A DNA stretch of 64,000 bases from Perkinsela sp. CCAP 1560/9 (taxonomy: Eukaryota > Protista > Euglenozoa: Kinetoplastea). Made by a program: the position numbers and the translations under genes. The DNA lies in assembly GCA_965644495.1 (NCBI GenBank), contig CBFFSA010000011.1, positions 589,231-653,230 on the forward strand. The letters run 5' to 3'. Shown here piece by piece: positions 61,602 to 64,000 of this stretch. Each line of letters starts with the position of its first letter. Within the stretch, counting starts at the first letter, position 1. The notes under the pieces were generated by a model that was not told the origin of the DNA, searched no databases, and saw only the letters and a program-made list of their open reading frames with translations.

Positions 61602-62512
61602 TCACCAAGATCTCGAAAGTGGACTGGATCTAAATCTAGTCGAAATGCGCATACATTCAAAGATCTTGTAGGCAATAGTCGTGAGCAAATTGAGGACACA
61701 ATTGAAGCTGAATGTGCAATTCTCCAAGACAAACTACGGAAAAACCATTCCAGCCCTTGGAGATTCATTCGCGAAATATGCGGAATGAGGAAAACGGTTT
61801 TTAATTATGGCGCAGGTCAATCAAACCGGAAACGACTAGCAGCCGTTAAGGACTTCTTCTCTAAAATTGCTAACCGAGGTGTTGGAGATACAAAAGTTGA
61901 ATTCCAAAAAAAAAAAAATCCAAATCATTCCGGATTGCTCCGGATGGTCACTGGCAAGCCAGACCCTTCACAGACAGATTTGGAAGTTCCGAGGCCGACG
62001 TCCTCTACCAGTTTCCGCTTGTCCAAGGCGGCAACAACGTGCTCTTGCCAACACGCTGCGTCGACGAACTGTACGTCAACACGGCTTACCCAAGAGGTGT
62101 AAGCCGGGTAAGGGAGCTGGTTCCCTGAGGGGAGGGTCCGGGACGGTCCTCCGAGTACTGGGCCTAGTCGGTTATCAGCCCAGCCTCTTAGAGTGAGGCC
62201 GCCGGGAATATTGCGATGAGCGGGTTTGAACTCGCCGTCTGAGCACCATGTGCTTCAAACTTTGAATTCTTGCCACTCCGCCACCTCCGCCTGAAAAAAA
62301 AGTTGAATTTGATGAGGCCAAAAACTTTGAAGGAGAAATCATGGATTTACCTTTCACAGAAGATGAACTTGCATGCGCTGCGCGTAGACTTAAACGAGGC
62401 AAAGCCCCAGGACTCGACGAGATACCAGCGAAAGCGTACATATCCATACTCGAAGAAAATTCTTTACGCCATCTCCTTCTTGGAATCATTAACAAAACCC
62501 TTGAAACGGGAC
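61602..62512 (+). mobile_element. Continuation of LINE A after the LINE B insertion; internally deleted, SINE-interrupted and 3'-truncated
   Basis: Resumes SPRSRKWT (element B: PSSRKWT) exactly at the TSD, then IEAECAILQDKLRKNHSSPWRFIREICG. After removing the SINE it reads GDTKVEFDEAKNFEGEIMDLPFTEDEL...KAPGLDEIPA. Confidence 0.88.
61904..62297 (-). mobile_element. tRNA-derived SINE, family 1, copy 2, with a 12-bp TSD
   Basis: Near-identical to 51037-51444. TSD AAAAGTTGAATT at 61892-61903 and 62298-62309. Removing it restores the LINE A reading frame. Confidence 0.93.
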
Positions 62513-62592
62513 CACTGAGGATCAGAGATTAACATAGTTGCCGAGTCTAATCGGCGCATATTGTAAACTTGTGTTACCAAGAGGGGTATATA

Positions 62593-62675
62593 TTTATGGT
62601 TATGTTTATGTTTATGTTTAGTTCACTCACTCACTCGCTCACTTTACACTAAGCCCCGGAATAGGGCGTTAGTTA
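62593..62675. repeat. (TTTATG)n and (CACT)n microsatellites plus a GCCC..GGGC hairpin; possible 3' end of the minus-strand LINE L4
   Basis: On the minus strand a hairpin GCCC-TATTCCG-GGGC is followed by (GTGA)n and (TAAACA)n, just downstream of the L4 ORF. Assignment to L4 is inference. Confidence 0.55.
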
Positions 62676-62689
62676 AATATCTATCTGTA

Positions 62690-64000
62690 TTTACGCTCAA
62701 TACATTCATCATCTAACTCTCCAACTGATTTCGTTTTCACGTCGATTGCCTCGTACTCGGTGCGCTTCGAAAGCGAAACACACAGCACCTTGCGTACACT
62801 GGATTTTATTGTCCCATCTTGGTTTCCGTCAAAGGGGATATTTTTCCGCGTTATGAGGTCGCGTCTCGTGGTCTACCTTTCTTGGTGCGGTTCGCGGCGG
62901 TACTTAATTGTGATCCAGGCGCGGGGCAATGCTGTGATAAGTGCCGTTCTAGTGTAGTAGCCGAGGTCTTGCGCCTTTTCTCTGAAAGAGCGCCGAAAAG
63001 AGCTGTCTTTGCCAACGTGTCACACTTATCGTTGTATGGGTTGCCGCAATGCCCCTTTACTTTAATCACGTAGAATTTGACGCCATTCTCCTCTAAGGTC
63101 TTTATTGCACCACCTAAATCCCAATAAATGGAAGGCCATTGTATCCTATTAGGTAATACGTTCGCCGCGTATTGCGTATAAAATGCCATGCTACCCACGA
63201 ATCCGTATGCAGTACGATTGTACCCTCAACCTTGGGTGCTCTCTGAATAGCTAGTGGTGCCGCATAAAATTCCGCTCTTTCTGGCGATGGTGTGCCAATA
63301 ATCTCCTTACAAACAGTAGAACTAGCCACTTCATGGCCACACTGAACTTCAACAATCCCAATTCCAATCTTTCCGATGTAACCAGAACTAACTGAGGCGT
63401 CGGTATAAAGGTGTAGAACGTTGTTGTCACTTGAGAAAGGTGTTGGACCTTCTTCAGCGTACTGCAGGGCTGAAAGATCATTTTCCCGCTGTGCAGCAGC
63501 TGCAATGCGGTGCCAACCGCTTGATCTATAACCAATATACATTTTAGGATTCTCTAGCCCCATTTGAAGTTTTTCAACTTGTTTTTGCCAACATTTTCTA
63601 TCCTCCGCATATACCAGGGCTTCCTCGACTACTAGTTCCATATCCCCGGTGCAAGCTTCGGATGGAGAACGAATTCGACTCTTTTCTTTAACGCGCCGCT
63701 GCATCAGTTCCGAATATATCTCTGAATGCCGTATTAAGTGTCCTACATGACGAGCCCAGTTAACTTTGTGCAGTGTGGAAAAAAGTGGGGTGTCTATATA
63801 TAAGGCGGATATTGGCACACTTTTCCCAGAATGATCCAGTTTCGGACACTTACAAATAATACGACGCATCTTATTTACCTGTATATCTACCCATTTCAAT
63901 GTGGTTTCGCTCAACACTAATGTGCCCGAGTTGTAATTTAGGATAGGGTATACGAGGGCATCGAAAAAACGAAGTTTTGTCTTGACGCTCAAGGGCGATA
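62690..64000 (-). mobile_element. LINE L4, 3' part (RT C-terminal region + RNase H), frameshifted; continues beyond the right edge
   Basis: KLRFFDALVYPIL, FSTLHKV..ARHVGHLIRHS, LYTDAS, ERAEF and HTDS; frameshift near 63125 into VKGHCGNPYNDKCDTLA. Homologous to L1 and B. Confidence 0.92.

Overview
Eukaryotic repeat/heterochromatin-type window with no intact host gene. Bases 1-43845 are a homogeneous 18-bp satellite (CAAAGGTCTTCAAAAAAA)n that runs off the left edge and has kb-scale higher-order repeats; all ORFs listed there are translation artefacts. Bases 43846-64000 are a nest of mobile elements built on a dead Pif1/Helitron-type helicase gene. The nest holds at least five related non-LTR retrotransposons (single ORF: N-terminal beta-barrel-like domain, APE endonuclease, RT, RNase H), which I label L0, L1, A, B and L4. 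It also holds three tRNA-derived SINE copies from two families and a 2.2-kb Helitron2/Helentron-like non-autonomous element. Target-site duplications allow most of the insertion order to be read directly, including a tandem duplication of about 5.26 kb of the A/B block. Most notable: (1) a covarying 3' stem-loop plus short T-GGA repeat tail shared by three LINEs and a SINE; (2) a conserved structured core shared by two SINE families with different heads and tails; (3) a conserved nucleotide motif with a covarying stem overlapping the LINE start codon; (4) a Tudor/SH3-like domain fused ahead of the endonuclease; (5) the satellite joins in frame to a LINE C-terminal tail. All alignments were made by eye and no database searches were run.
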